Below are positions 20,089 through 31,000 of a stretch of 64,000 bases of DNA, one piece after another. The translations under genes were made by a program, and so were the position numbers. The DNA is from a virus (taxonomy: Duplodnaviria > Caudoviricetes): the IMG/VR virus record IMGVR_UViG_3300000203_000003, positions 64,001 through 128,000 of that record. One strand, given 5' to 3'. Under the pieces are notes generated by a model, which searched no databases, was not told where the DNA came from, and saw only the letters and a list, made by a program, of their open reading frames with translations. How positions within the stretch are numbered: position 1 is the stretch's first letter; each line of letters opens with the position of its first letter.

Positions 20089-20526
20089 ATGGCTAAGTAT
20101 GCCCAAGGTATCTTCACTCCTAAATTTCCTGAGAAGTATATAGGAAAGAAGGCACCGAAGTATCGTAGTTCGTGGGAGATGGCCATTATGACCTTCTTCG
20201 ATAACAACAAAAACATATTGAAGTGGGCCAGCGAGTCAATCGCTATTCAATATATTCACCCATACACCGGACGACCCACCAACTATATACCTGACTTCTT
20301 TGTTGTGTATGTGAACAACACTGGTAAGCAATACGCTGAAGTTATCGAAGTCAAACCAAGATCACAAACTATAATGTCTGAAGCCAAGAGTAAAGGCGAT
20401 CAGCAGCAAGTCGTTATCAACACGGCTAAATGGCAAGCAGCAAAAGCATACTGTAATCAGCACGGCTTTGCCTTCAGAATAATCACGGAGCATGATATTT
20501 TTAGTAACGGCAGACCCAAACGATAA
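20089..20526 (+). CDS. Head completion nuclease (T4 gp4-like, TnsA-type PD-(D/E)xK)
   Basis: YRSSWE, WASE, YIPDF, EVKP, KWQAA, F.IITE. Confidence 0.85.
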   Translation: MAKYAQGIFTPKFPEKYIGKKAPKYRSSWEMAIMTFFDNNKNILKWASESIAIQYIHPYTGRPTNYIPDFFVVYVNNTGKQYAEVIEVKPRSQTIMSEAKSKGDQQQVVINTAKWQAAKAYCNQHGFAFRIITEHDIFSNGRPKR

Positions 20527-20533
20527 ATATCAT

Positions 20534-21007
20534 ATGACTAAAAAACTATCAGAACTTTTCCAGTTGCCAATTGACGATGAAGAAACTATCGTTCCAGAAC
20601 GAGCACAGGAAATAACAACAGCAGCCTATTCAAATCTTGAGAAGATTGAAGCAGCACTGCCCCAGGTCAGAGGGCTTGATTCTGCTGACAACGAGATGGA
20701 CGACCTTGCGCTACTTGCTCAAGAAAGCTACAAGGATCTAATGGATCTGGGCCTACAAGTGGAAGCACGATTCTCTGCTGAAATCTTCAACTCGGCCAGC
20801 ACATTCCTGGGACATGCTATCACTGCTAAGACTGCGAAGATCAACAAGAAACTGAAGATGATAGATTTACAGCTTAAAAAGTTGAGTCTGGATCAAAAAA
20901 CAGCATCAAACAATGAAGAAATCGAAGCAACACCAGTCGGTGAAGCCAGATTACTTGATCGTAATGAGATGCTAAAGGCGTTGACCGGCAAAACAACTCA
21001 ACAATGA
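20534..21007 (+). CDS. Possible terminase small subunit (gp16-like)
   Basis: Helical, ARFSAEIF...K.KMIDLQLKK resembles gp16 core; position after gp4-like gene. Confidence 0.4.
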   Translation: MTKKLSELFQLPIDDEETIVPERAQEITTAAYSNLEKIEAALPQVRGLDSADNEMDDLALLAQESYKDLMDLGLQVEARFSAEIFNSASTFLGHAITAKTAKINKKLKMIDLQLKKLSLDQKTASNNEEIEATPVGEARLLDRNEMLKALTGKTTQQ

Positions 21008-21032
21008 TAAATATATAATACAGGAATATTCC

Positions 21033-21647
21033 ATGATTAGCTTAAAAACATACATCGCAGAAAGCGTCAGATCGTATAACTATACGATTAAGATCGCCGG
21101 AGAGGTCGATAAAAACTTTATCGATTTGTTCAAGTACAACCTTAATAAGTTCGACCCGATCAAGATCAGTGACCCGACCACTACGCCAGTTCAAAAGGAC
21201 CCGTACGGTTTCCCGGGATTATCTAACCAGCCAGTAACGATCATCAAAGCTGAGTTTAGATACCCAGCAACTGAGCCGATGATTCAACAGATTGCTATGC
21301 TACTTGGTCACAACATCAACATGGTCAGAGCAACGACTACTGACTTCAATGACAGCATCAACGCAGAGAATGACCAGTTTGCTAATCAAGCTGATCACAA
21401 TCCGTTGCTACTTCACGGTGAGTTGGAAGACAACGGCAAAGAAGCTGCAAAAGAATATGGTGAATCATATCTGAGTTCTATCAAGAAACAATCAGAAGGA
21501 TCGAAGATCGACATTCCGTATGAAGGTAAAAAGACCCCGGATTCGTTTGATCCGTTCAAGCAACCAGTCATTGATAAGAAGGGCACTGAAAGCCCTATGA
21601 GTAAGATTACTCGTCCCGCTAAGCCTGCGACAGGCGCTCGAAAATAA
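21033..21647 (+). CDS. Hypothetical head-associated protein
   Basis: N-terminus MISLKTYIAE resembles T4 capsid-targeting sequence. Confidence 0.55.
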   Translation: MISLKTYIAESVRSYNYTIKIAGEVDKNFIDLFKYNLNKFDPIKISDPTTTPVQKDPYGFPGLSNQPVTIIKAEFRYPATEPMIQQIAMLLGHNINMVRATTTDFNDSINAENDQFANQADHNPLLLHGELEDNGKEAAKEYGESYLSSIKKQSEGSKIDIPYEGKKTPDSFDPFKQPVIDKKGTESPMSKITRPAKPATGARK

Positions 21648-21660
21648 ATAAGGAAATAAC

Positions 21661-24390
21661 ATGAACATTTTAGACATGATGAATAAGTTGACGGCGCTGT
21701 CACAACCACTTACTGAAGCAAAGAAGCCTTCTGAAGGAAATGCTTTTGATCTGAAAACAAAGACTACCCCTGAAAAAGAAAAAGCAAAGAGCTTTGTTCA
21801 CAAGGGCAAGTATGGTATGGAATACCAAGGTGATCCTGATGATGAAGAACTAGATGACAATGGCAAGAAGAAAAAGAAAGCTGCTCCTGCTGCTGACGAA
21901 AAGCGTGGTCGTGGCCGTCCTAAGAAGGGCGCTGATAATGCAGGTAATGTCACTAAGCCTGACTGGTCTGCATTCGGTGCCAAGAAGGATGTCAAGCTAC
22001 CTAAGTGGGACAAGAAAGCAACTAAGAAGCACTCGCTCAAAGACTGGATAGAAAATCTTGACACAGCACTTAACGAAGATGGTCAATACACTTCGTCGCC
22101 GCTACCAGGCGCGACTGCTATCAAGAACCCACAAGGTCAACAAGTAGCAACAGCAACAACCCCTCAGGCTACTGCTGCTATGACTACTATGATTAACAAG
22201 GGTGATGTTGATCTTACAGATCCTAATAAGGCACTGAAAGAAGTCGGTAAAAATCACATGGGTGAAACAGAATATCATGGCTACTACAAGTGGCGCGTTG
22301 CTTGCCGTAAAGCAGGTGCCGTAGAGTTTGTTGGTGACAAAGACATTGACGAAGGGCACGACGCCAGTGGTCAGGCAGTCGGCGAATGGGACGGCGTAGT
22401 CGGTTCAGTATACGGTGACGCACACAAATCTCGTCCGGTACCAGCTGGAATGAATGAAGCAAAAGCTAAGAAAGATTACGACCAAGATGGTAAAGTCGAA
22501 GATGAAACAGCAGAGTATAAAGGTCTGTCTGGTAAAGTAGCCGCTGCTAAGAAAGCTAAACAAGTTGAAGAAGCTAAGAAAGCTAAGCCAGACTTCCTTG
22601 ATGTAGATAAAGACAAGAATAAGACAGAGCCGTTCAAGAAAGCTGTCAAAGATGCAGCTAAGAAAGTAGAAGAATCTTCCACCGTCAACGGAAAAACCGA
22701 AGATCCTAAGTCATTGAGATGGAAACAGACCAGCATGAGCCCAGACGCTGCAACTGCGAAGTATGGCAAAGCAAACGTCAAGGTAACCAAAGGTGGGTTG
22801 AATAACGGTAAGGACATGGTTGAAGTTAAAGTTCCATTAGGTGAAGGTAAAGATGAAGGCAAACCAGGTAAGAATTTTGCTAAGATCGCTAAGTCAGCTG
22901 GTGAAAAATACGGTTCAAAAGCAGCAGGCGAAAGAGTCGCCGGTGCTGTCAAAGCAAAGCTTGCTAAACAAGGTAAGCTAGAAGAAGGCAAAGTAAAAGA
23001 ACTCTCTATGGATCTTGAAGACCGTACAATGAAGGACGCAGAGTTCAAAAAGAAATATGGAAAGTCGAAGGCCGATATGCAAAAGAGTTTGAAACCCGCT
23101 GACGCTAAGAAGCCAGCAAGCAAGATTAAAGAGAGTATCCTACGTGAATCACACGACACGATGAAACACATCATCAACAAGTTCAAGCACGAAGTCAAGA
23201 AGTTCGTAGCCGGCGGTGACTTGGATGAGGATCTGTATGACGCACTGTATGATTACTATTGTGATCAAGGCGAAATGCCTTACGGCACTATGAAGGCACG
23301 TGATGGTGATCCATATGAATGGGTTACACAACGCTTTGATACTGATGTTCAAGACCATGATGTTCCAGTTGATGAAGGTGCGTATTCACAAGATTACTTC
23401 ACTGCTAATAAGCCAAGTCCAGTGCGTCAAGCTGCTCAAGTACCAGCTAAACCTGCTCAGACTCCATGGAGCAGAGATCCTATCGCTGCTGCTACAGACA
23501 GAGTGTATGACGTATTCAACAGACCTAAGGCAGGGACAGGTGATGTTCAGTTCGAAAGTTGGGCAAAGAGTCTTGACAATCTGTTAAGCGAAGGCATGAA
23601 TGTTGTTGCTAACACTGGATTAGGCGACGGTCCTGATTCAGTTACTATCTCGGCAACTGACGAAGATGCTTTGAAACTTCTGGCAATCGTTAAGTCTGCT
23701 GGTTTAGGTATGTTCGCCAATGATGATCAAGTAGGAGATGAAGGTTCACCTCAAATGTCTATTCAACCACAGAACAACCCTGATGCAGAGATTGGTGTAG
23801 TTGATGATCACGATGATATGCTCGGACTCATTCGTAAGATGACGGGTCAAGGTAATGCAGGTCAACAACCCGGTGCTATGGAAGTCGAAGTAGACGAAGA
23901 ACAAGGAATGAATCCTGGCGAAGCACAAGGATATCAGGATGAAGAAATGGCTGCAGAAAACACTCCTACATTCGGTGAAGTCGAGCCTGATCAAGAAGGA
24001 TCATCAGAGGAAGAAGTTCAACAAGCTACTGACAAACTAGAAAAAGTACATGATGTATGGAGTCAGGCAGATTCTGACGACGGTGAAGAATCTTCTGAAG
24101 ACGAAGGTGAAGAATCAGCCGAGGAAGAAGAATCCGCTGAAGAAGAAGATGAAGAATCCGCTGAAGAAGAATCCGCTGAAGAAGAGGAAGAGGATCTAGA
24201 CGAAGCATACGCAAATGGTGCTGAAGATACTTTTGAATCTGACATCGACTTCATGCAGAACGTCATCTCTGGTGGTGTTAACGGCAGAAAGCGCACACAA
24301 TCAGTTGGCAACCCCGTGACAATCGCATCGACTCCGATGAAAGAATCGACTGATTTACTGTCTGACTGGAAAAAGTTAGCAGGCTTCTAA
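21661..24390 (+). CDS. Large low-complexity prohead core/internal protein candidate
   Basis: K-rich N-half with AT-hook RGRGRPKK, D/E-rich C-half, many [LVM]xE-[AG] sites. Confidence 0.55.
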   Translation: MNILDMMNKLTALSQPLTEAKKPSEGNAFDLKTKTTPEKEKAKSFVHKGKYGMEYQGDPDDEELDDNGKKKKKAAPAADEKRGRGRPKKGADNAGNVTKPDWSAFGAKKDVKLPKWDKKATKKHSLKDWIENLDTALNEDGQYTSSPLPGATAIKNPQGQQVATATTPQATAAMTTMINKGDVDLTDPNKALKEVGKNHMGETEYHGYYKWRVACRKAGAVEFVGDKDIDEGHDASGQAVGEWDGVVGSVYGDAHKSRPVPAGMNEAKAKKDYDQDGKVEDETAEYKGLSGKVAAAKKAKQVEEAKKAKPDFLDVDKDKNKTEPFKKAVKDAAKKVEESSTVNGKTEDPKSLRWKQTSMSPDAATAKYGKANVKVTKGGLNNGKDMVEVKVPLGEGKDEGKPGKNFAKIAKSAGEKYGSKAAGERVAGAVKAKLAKQGKLEEGKVKELSMDLEDRTMKDAEFKKKYGKSKADMQKSLKPADAKKPASKIKESILRESHDTMKHIINKFKHEVKKFVAGGDLDEDLYDALYDYYCDQGEMPYGTMKARDGDPYEWVTQRFDTDVQDHDVPVDEGAYSQDYFTANKPSPVRQAAQVPAKPAQTPWSRDPIAAATDRVYDVFNRPKAGTGDVQFESWAKSLDNLLSEGMNVVANTGLGDGPDSVTISATDEDALKLLAIVKSAGLGMFANDDQVGDEGSPQMSIQPQNNPDAEIGVVDDHDDMLGLIRKMTGQGNAGQQPGAMEVEVDEEQGMNPGEAQGYQDEEMAAENTPTFGEVEPDQEGSSEEEVQQATDKLEKVHDVWSQADSDDGEESSEDEGEESAEEEESAEEEDEESAEEESAEEEEEDLDEAYANGAEDTFESDIDFMQNVISGGVNGRKRTQSVGNPVTIASTPMKESTDLLSDWKKLAGF
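24080..24195 (+). repeat. Imperfect tandem GAAGAAGAATCCGCT repeats (EEESA)
   Basis: Seen directly. Confidence 0.7.
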
Positions 24391-24403
24391 GAAGATAGAA
24401 CAT

Positions 24404-24433
24404 AAAATAGCTCGGTTCGCCGAGCTATTTTTT
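24404..24433 (+). terminator. Intrinsic terminator
   Basis: AAAATAGCTCGG-TTCG-CCGAGCTATTTTTT. Confidence 0.9.
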
Positions 24434-24469
24434 TGGATACAGTGTTTAGAGACAAACGATAAATACTTG

Positions 24470-25030
24470 ATGAGCGAATATTATGTATATGCCTACTTGA
24501 GAGATGACGGAAGTCCGTATTATATAGGCAAGGGTAAAGGAAATCGAGCCTACACTAAAAGTAAGGGCGAGATAAGTAAACCCGTTGACAAAACAAGAAT
24601 CGTTATTTTAGAACAAGGATTAGCGGAAGTTGATGCCTTCACATTAGAGAAACAGATGATTGGCCAGTATGGACGTAAAGATAATAACACCGGAATACTT
24701 CGTAATAAAACGGACGGTGGTGAAGGCCCGGGCGGAATAAAACAATCACCGGAAGTTATTGCCCGACGAGTGGAGTCCTCTAGAGGAAAATCAATGGGTA
24801 TGACAGGAAAGAAACATCGTCCGGAATCAAATGAAAAACGAAGGCTATCGATGCTAGGTAAAAATACCGGGACACATACGATTGAACATTGTATTGCTAG
24901 TGGACTACCCAAACGCGGAATGAAATATAAATCACAATATAAACTCGTATGCCCGCACTGTGATAAATCAGGCGGTAGCGCAAATATGAAAAGATATCAT
25001 ATGGACAATTGTAAACAAATAGAAAGATAA
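24470..25030 (+). CDS. Free-standing GIY-YIG endonuclease (NUMOD3, CPHC knuckle)
   Basis: YYVYAYLRDDGSPYYIGKG; GILRNKTDGGEG; MTGKKH; CPHC. Confidence 0.85.
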   Translation: MSEYYVYAYLRDDGSPYYIGKGKGNRAYTKSKGEISKPVDKTRIVILEQGLAEVDAFTLEKQMIGQYGRKDNNTGILRNKTDGGEGPGGIKQSPEVIARRVESSRGKSMGMTGKKHRPESNEKRRLSMLGKNTGTHTIEHCIASGLPKRGMKYKSQYKLVCPHCDKSGGSANMKRYHMDNCKQIER

Positions 25031-25039
25031 GGTTATCCC

Positions 25040-28000
25040 ATGCAGCAAAACATAGACTTCGGTACGTTCCCAGATGATCCTGATGCGGATGCGATACGAA
25101 CAGCCTTTCAGAAGGTACAGACAAACTTTGATGAGTTGTTTGACGTAACTGCAGGTGCGGCGGTTAACTCTGTTAATAGAACCCCGGGTATAGGTATACA
25201 AGTTAACTCACCTACAGGCAACGTAGTTGTCAGTGCTAACATCGCCACTATCCCGATGGACACAAGTACATTGAGATTACGTCTGGAGAACGGTCTCCCG
25301 GGAGCTAACGGAGTTATCATTACCGGGCCCGGTAGAACAGTTTTTGTCGATCTTCCAAATAGCATCACCACCAATAACTTCACTGCATCAGGCTGGGCGA
25401 ATGTAACAGGTAATGTTATCGGTGGAAATATCAATACCATTGGACAGGTCGTTGCATCAGGTAATGTCACTGGTAGTAACCTAAACACCACTGGCATCGC
25501 CAACGTTATCGGCAACGTCATCGGTGGAAATCTGACTACTAGCGGCAAAGTTGCTGCATCTGGTAATATTATAGGTTCAAATGTCACCGCCAATCTCGGG
25601 TTGTACGGAACCACTGCGAATGTATCCGGTAACGCAAACGTCGGCAACATCGGCTCAACTAATGGTGTATTCACTGGCAATATCACTGCTGGTAACGTGG
25701 GCGGAGCTAATCTAATAACCGCGAATTATCTACAAGGCACGTTGACTACTGCGGCGCAACCGAATGTCACTTCAGTCGGTGCACTATCTGCGCTTACTGT
25801 AACAGGTAATATAGCCGGCGGTAATGTTAATGCTGGAAATCTACTGACAGCTAACTACGTGCAAGGTACACTGACAACAGCAGCACAACCGAACATTACG
25901 TCAACTGGTACATTAACTGGTCTAGGTGTTAATGGAACAGTCACCGCAGTAAACATCACTGCTAACACCGGAGTATTTACTGGCAATGGTTCTGCTCTTA
26001 ATAATCTCACTGGTGCTAATGTAACCGGTACTGTTGCTAATGCGACATATGCCGTCTCATCTGGTACTGCAGGATCAGCTACTACTGCAGGAACAGTCAC
26101 TACTAATGCACAACCAAATATCACCTCAGTTGGCACATTATCTTCTCTGTTGATAACCGGCAATGCTAATGCAGCAAACTTCAACGGAACATTCTACGGA
26201 GCAGGTACAGGACTCACTGCTATCCCGGGTGCTAATGTGACCGGTACTGTTGCTAATGCAACGTATGCAGTGAGCGCCGGCGGTTCAGGAACGGCCAGCA
26301 CAGCAGGTACAGTCACCACAGCAGCCCAACCAAACATCACTTCTACAGGTACATTGACTGGACTGGGAGTAAATGGTACAGTAACCGCAGTTAATATCAC
26401 TGCTAACACCGGTGTATTCGCGGGTAACGGTTCAAGTTTAACTACGCTAACAGGTGCTAATGTAACAGGTACCGTTGCTAATGCGACATACGCAGTTTCA
26501 TCTGGTACTGCGGGAACCGCAGGCACAGTCACTACAGCGGCACAGCCAAATATCACATCGACTGGCACGTTATCTGCATTGACAGTAACGGGCAATATTG
26601 GGGCAGGTAATATAAATGCAGGCAACATGTTGACTGCAAACTATTCGACAGCAGTTCTAACAACCGCTGCCCAACCAAACATTACTTCAACTGGTACATT
26701 AACTGGTCTAGGTGTTAATGGAACAGTCACCGCAGTAAACATCACTGCTAATACCGGTGTGTTCTCTGGCAACGGATCAGGACTTACCCAGCTAGCTGGC
26801 GCCAATGTAACCGGCTATGCACCTAATGCAACCCACGCTAACATCGCTGATGCTGCAAACGCAGTAGCAGGCGGAAATGTCAGCGGTGCAGTAGGCCTTG
26901 CTACATTCGCTACAACAGCAAATGCAGTAGCCGGCGGAAATGTCAGCGGCCAAGTAAATTACGCAGCAACGGCAAATGCAGTAGCAGGTGCTAATGTCAG
27001 CGACCAAGTAAATTACGCAGCAACGGCAAACGCTGTGGCGGGTGGCAACGTCAGTGGACAAGTCGCTAATGCTCTGGTAGCAGGAACTGTTTACACTGCC
27101 GCTCAACCAAACATAACCTCAGTCGGTACTTTAACCGCAGTAACAGTATCTGGTAACGCAAACGTCGGCAACATCGGCTCAACTAATGGTGTATTCACTG
27201 GAAACATCTCGGGTGCTAATTATGTATCTGCTAACTACTTTACTGGTACGCTGACAACTAATGATCAGCCTAACATAACCAGCACAGGTACATTGACTGC
27301 GTTAACTGTTAATGGCAATATAGGCGCCGGCAACGTCAATGCTCCTACATTCGGAGCACATAACGGCACGGTTGGAGCAACTACTGCGAACACAGGTAAC
27401 TTCACAACAGTTACGGCATCTCTGACAGTTGCAGCAACTGGAAATGTATCAGGTGGAAATCTCACTACCGTCGGCGCATTAAGTGCAACGGGCAATGCTA
27501 ATGTTGGTAATCTCGGCACCGCTGGGTTAGTAGTAGCAACTGGCAACATAACTGGTGGCAATTTAGTAACTGGCGGAGCATTGAGCGTAACTGGTAATGC
27601 GAATGTAGGCAACATCGGAGCAACGAATTATGTAGGTACTGCTATCAACATAACTGCTAATGCGAACATCGGCACCACGTTAAATGTAACAGGCAATGCT
27701 AATGTTGGTAATCTCGGTACTGCTGGTTTAGTAGTAGCAACAGGTAACATAACTGGTGGCAATTTAGTAACTGGCGGAGCATTGAGCGTAACTGGTAATG
27801 CGAATGTAGGCAACATTGGTGCCACATCAGGTGTTCTTACAGGAACGCTAAGTGTAACCAGTAACGCCAACGTTGGTAACTTAGGTACTGCTGGACTTAT
27901 CATAGCAACAGGTAACATCTCTGGTGCGAACTTAACAGGAACTCATTACGGCGCAGCAACTGGGTTGACCTCTATTCCAGGTGCGAATGTAACCGGTACT

Positions 28001-31000
28001 GTTGCTAATGCAACGTATGCAGTGTCATCTGGTACAGCAGGTACTGCTGGAACCGTGTCTACGAACGCACAACCGAATATCACATCAGTTGGTACATTAA
28101 GTTCATTGGCAGTAACCGGCAATGTAAATGCAGCAAACTTCAACGGAACCTTCTACGGAGCAGGCACAGGTCTTACTGCTATCCCGGGAGCAAATGTAAC
28201 AGGTACTGTTGCTAATGCAACTTATGCAGTATCAGCAGGTAGTGCTGCTACAGCAGGCAGCGCCGGCTCTGCAACAACCGCCGGCTCTGCAACAACCGCC
28301 GGTACAGTTACTACTAATGCTCAACCGAACATCACCTCAGTAGGCACTCTTTCCTCGCTTGCTGTAACTGCAACCATTAACACTTCTAACTTGTTAATAA
28401 CTGGAACGGGCGGCGCTGGATTCATAACTATCCCCGGTCAATCACTCAATCCGCCTAATCCGACTGCTGGTAACTTGCTGATCCATGCTAGAACGATTAA
28501 TGGATTCACACGAATTGAACAAGATAATGAAGCTCCGACTAATTTAGTATACGGACGAGACACCGCTATCATCTGTCGCAATGACACCGGCGCGACTATC
28601 AACAAGGGTCAAGCAGTCTATACAAGCGGAACAGTGTCTAACTCACCGCAGATTGCGAAAGCATTAGCATCAGGAGTCGCAACAATGCCTGCGATTGGTG
28701 TTGCTATGGACGATATTCTTACTGGTAACTTCGGTCAAGTAATGGTATCTGGTATCTTGGTATTCGATACATCAGCATATGCACCGAGCGCCCAAGTATG
28801 GGTGTCACCTACAACAGCAGGAGCTTTCACCGCAACTCGTCCTTCAGGATCAAATGTTGTCCAACGCATGGGAACTATAATGGTTCAAGGCGGACCTGGT
28901 GTCGGACAGATGTTAGTTCTCACAGCACCTGCACTCCTGAACATGGAAACAGGAACAGCCGCAGCTACTTGGACTGCGAACTCGGCCATCGCTAACTACT
29001 TTAGTGGCAATGGGGCAAATCTGACAGCATTGACAGGTGCTAATGTAACAGGTACAGTTGCTAATGCAACCTACGCACTGACTTCAGGCACGGCAGGTAC
29101 TGTCACAACAGCAGCACAACCAAACGTAACTTCAGTTGGTACGTTGTCTGTTCTGGCAGTAACAGGTAATATCTCGGGCGCGAACTTAACAGGAACTCAT
29201 TACGGAGCAGCAACTGGATTGACCGCAATTCCAGGAGCAAATGTAACAGGAACAGTTGCGAATGCCACATACGCTATTTCAGCTGGATCATCAGGTACCG
29301 CTGGTACGGTAACCACTAATGCACAGCCGAATATCACTTCACTCGGATCACTTACTGGATTGATCGTCAACGGTAATATCAATGCAGGTAATACAGCGGC
29401 AGGCAACATTGTCTCGGCAAACTACGTGCAAGGAACATTAACAACTGCTGCCCAACCTAACATCACATCAGTGGGGTTGTTGACCGGGTTGAACGTAAAT
29501 GATGGTATCACGGCCGCAAATATCACTGCGAATACCGGCGTATTCACTGGTAACGGATCAAGTCTTACGGCACTTACAGGGGCGAATGTAACCGGCACAG
29601 TTGCTAATGCAACATATGCAGTAAGTGCAGGTTCTGCTACGACAGCAGGAACCGTCACAACTGCTGCTCAACCGAATATTACATCAGTTGGCTCGCTAGG
29701 TGCGTTAACTATTACTGGCAATCTATCATCAGGAAACGCTAATCTAGGCAATCTTGCTAAGGCAAACTTCTTCCAAGGTGACGGGTATCTAATCAGCAAT
29801 CTCACGGTATCAGTCGGTAATGTTATTGTCAATGGTAACAGCAATGTTAGTATTGATCTTAACGGCAATGTGCTTATTTCGTCAGGAGGCAATGCGAACA
29901 TCTTTGTGGTAACAGATACTGGCGCAAATGTAAATGGTTATCTTAAAGTGTCAGGCAATGTTGCTGCTGCTCGTTTTACAGGATTATTAGCAGGTGCATT
30001 AACAATCGCTGCACAACCTAACGTAACAACACTGGGCACTATGACAGCATTGAATGTGTCCGGTGTATCTAACCTAAGTGTAGTCAGCAATGTTCGTATC
30101 TTCGGTGGTAGTCTAAACTATTATATGACCACTGATGGTAACGGTAATCTTTCATGGACATCAGGTGCGTTCAGCCCGTGTGGCGGAACGAATACCCAAG
30201 TTCAGTTCAACGACAACGGAAACTTCGGTGGCAGCGCAAATCTTACCTTCAATGGTAATCTGTTGACTATTATTGGTAACGTTCAGTCGACAAACGTGTT
30301 AGGTGGAAATGTTGTCTCGGCAAACTTCTTCACCGGCACAATAACTACAAACGCGCAACCTAATATTACATCAGTGGGAACATTAACTGCGCTGATTGTA
30401 AACGGTAACATCAATGCGGGCAACACTGCAGGTGGCAATCTTGTATCCGCTAACTATATTCAAGGTACATTAATTACAGCAGCGCAACCTAATATTACAT
30501 CAGTGGGCTCATTAAGTTCATTGAATGTAACCGGCAACGCAAATGCAGCAAACTTTAACGGAGCCCATTACGGAGCAGCAACTGGGCTGACAGCAATTCC
30601 GGGAGCAAATGTAACCGGTACCGTTGCTAATGCAACTTATGCAGTGTCATCTGGCAGTGCAACAACTGCAGGAACTGTCACAACTGCTGCTCAACCGAAC
30701 ATCACATCAGTCGGAACACTTACTTCACTTATTGTAACAGGTAATATTCAGGGATCTAACGTAGTTGCTGCTAACTATGTAGGTGGTACCATGACTACCG
30801 CTGCACAACCCAATATTACTTCTGTTGGCACTCTATCTGCGCTTGCTGTGACAGGCAACATATCATCTGGTAATGCTAACCTAGGTAATCTGGCATCAGC
30901 GAACTTCATCACAGGTACGCTTACTACGCCGGCGCAGGGTAACATTACATCATTAGGAACACTGGGATTATTATTCGTTACTGGTAATATTCAAGCAGAA

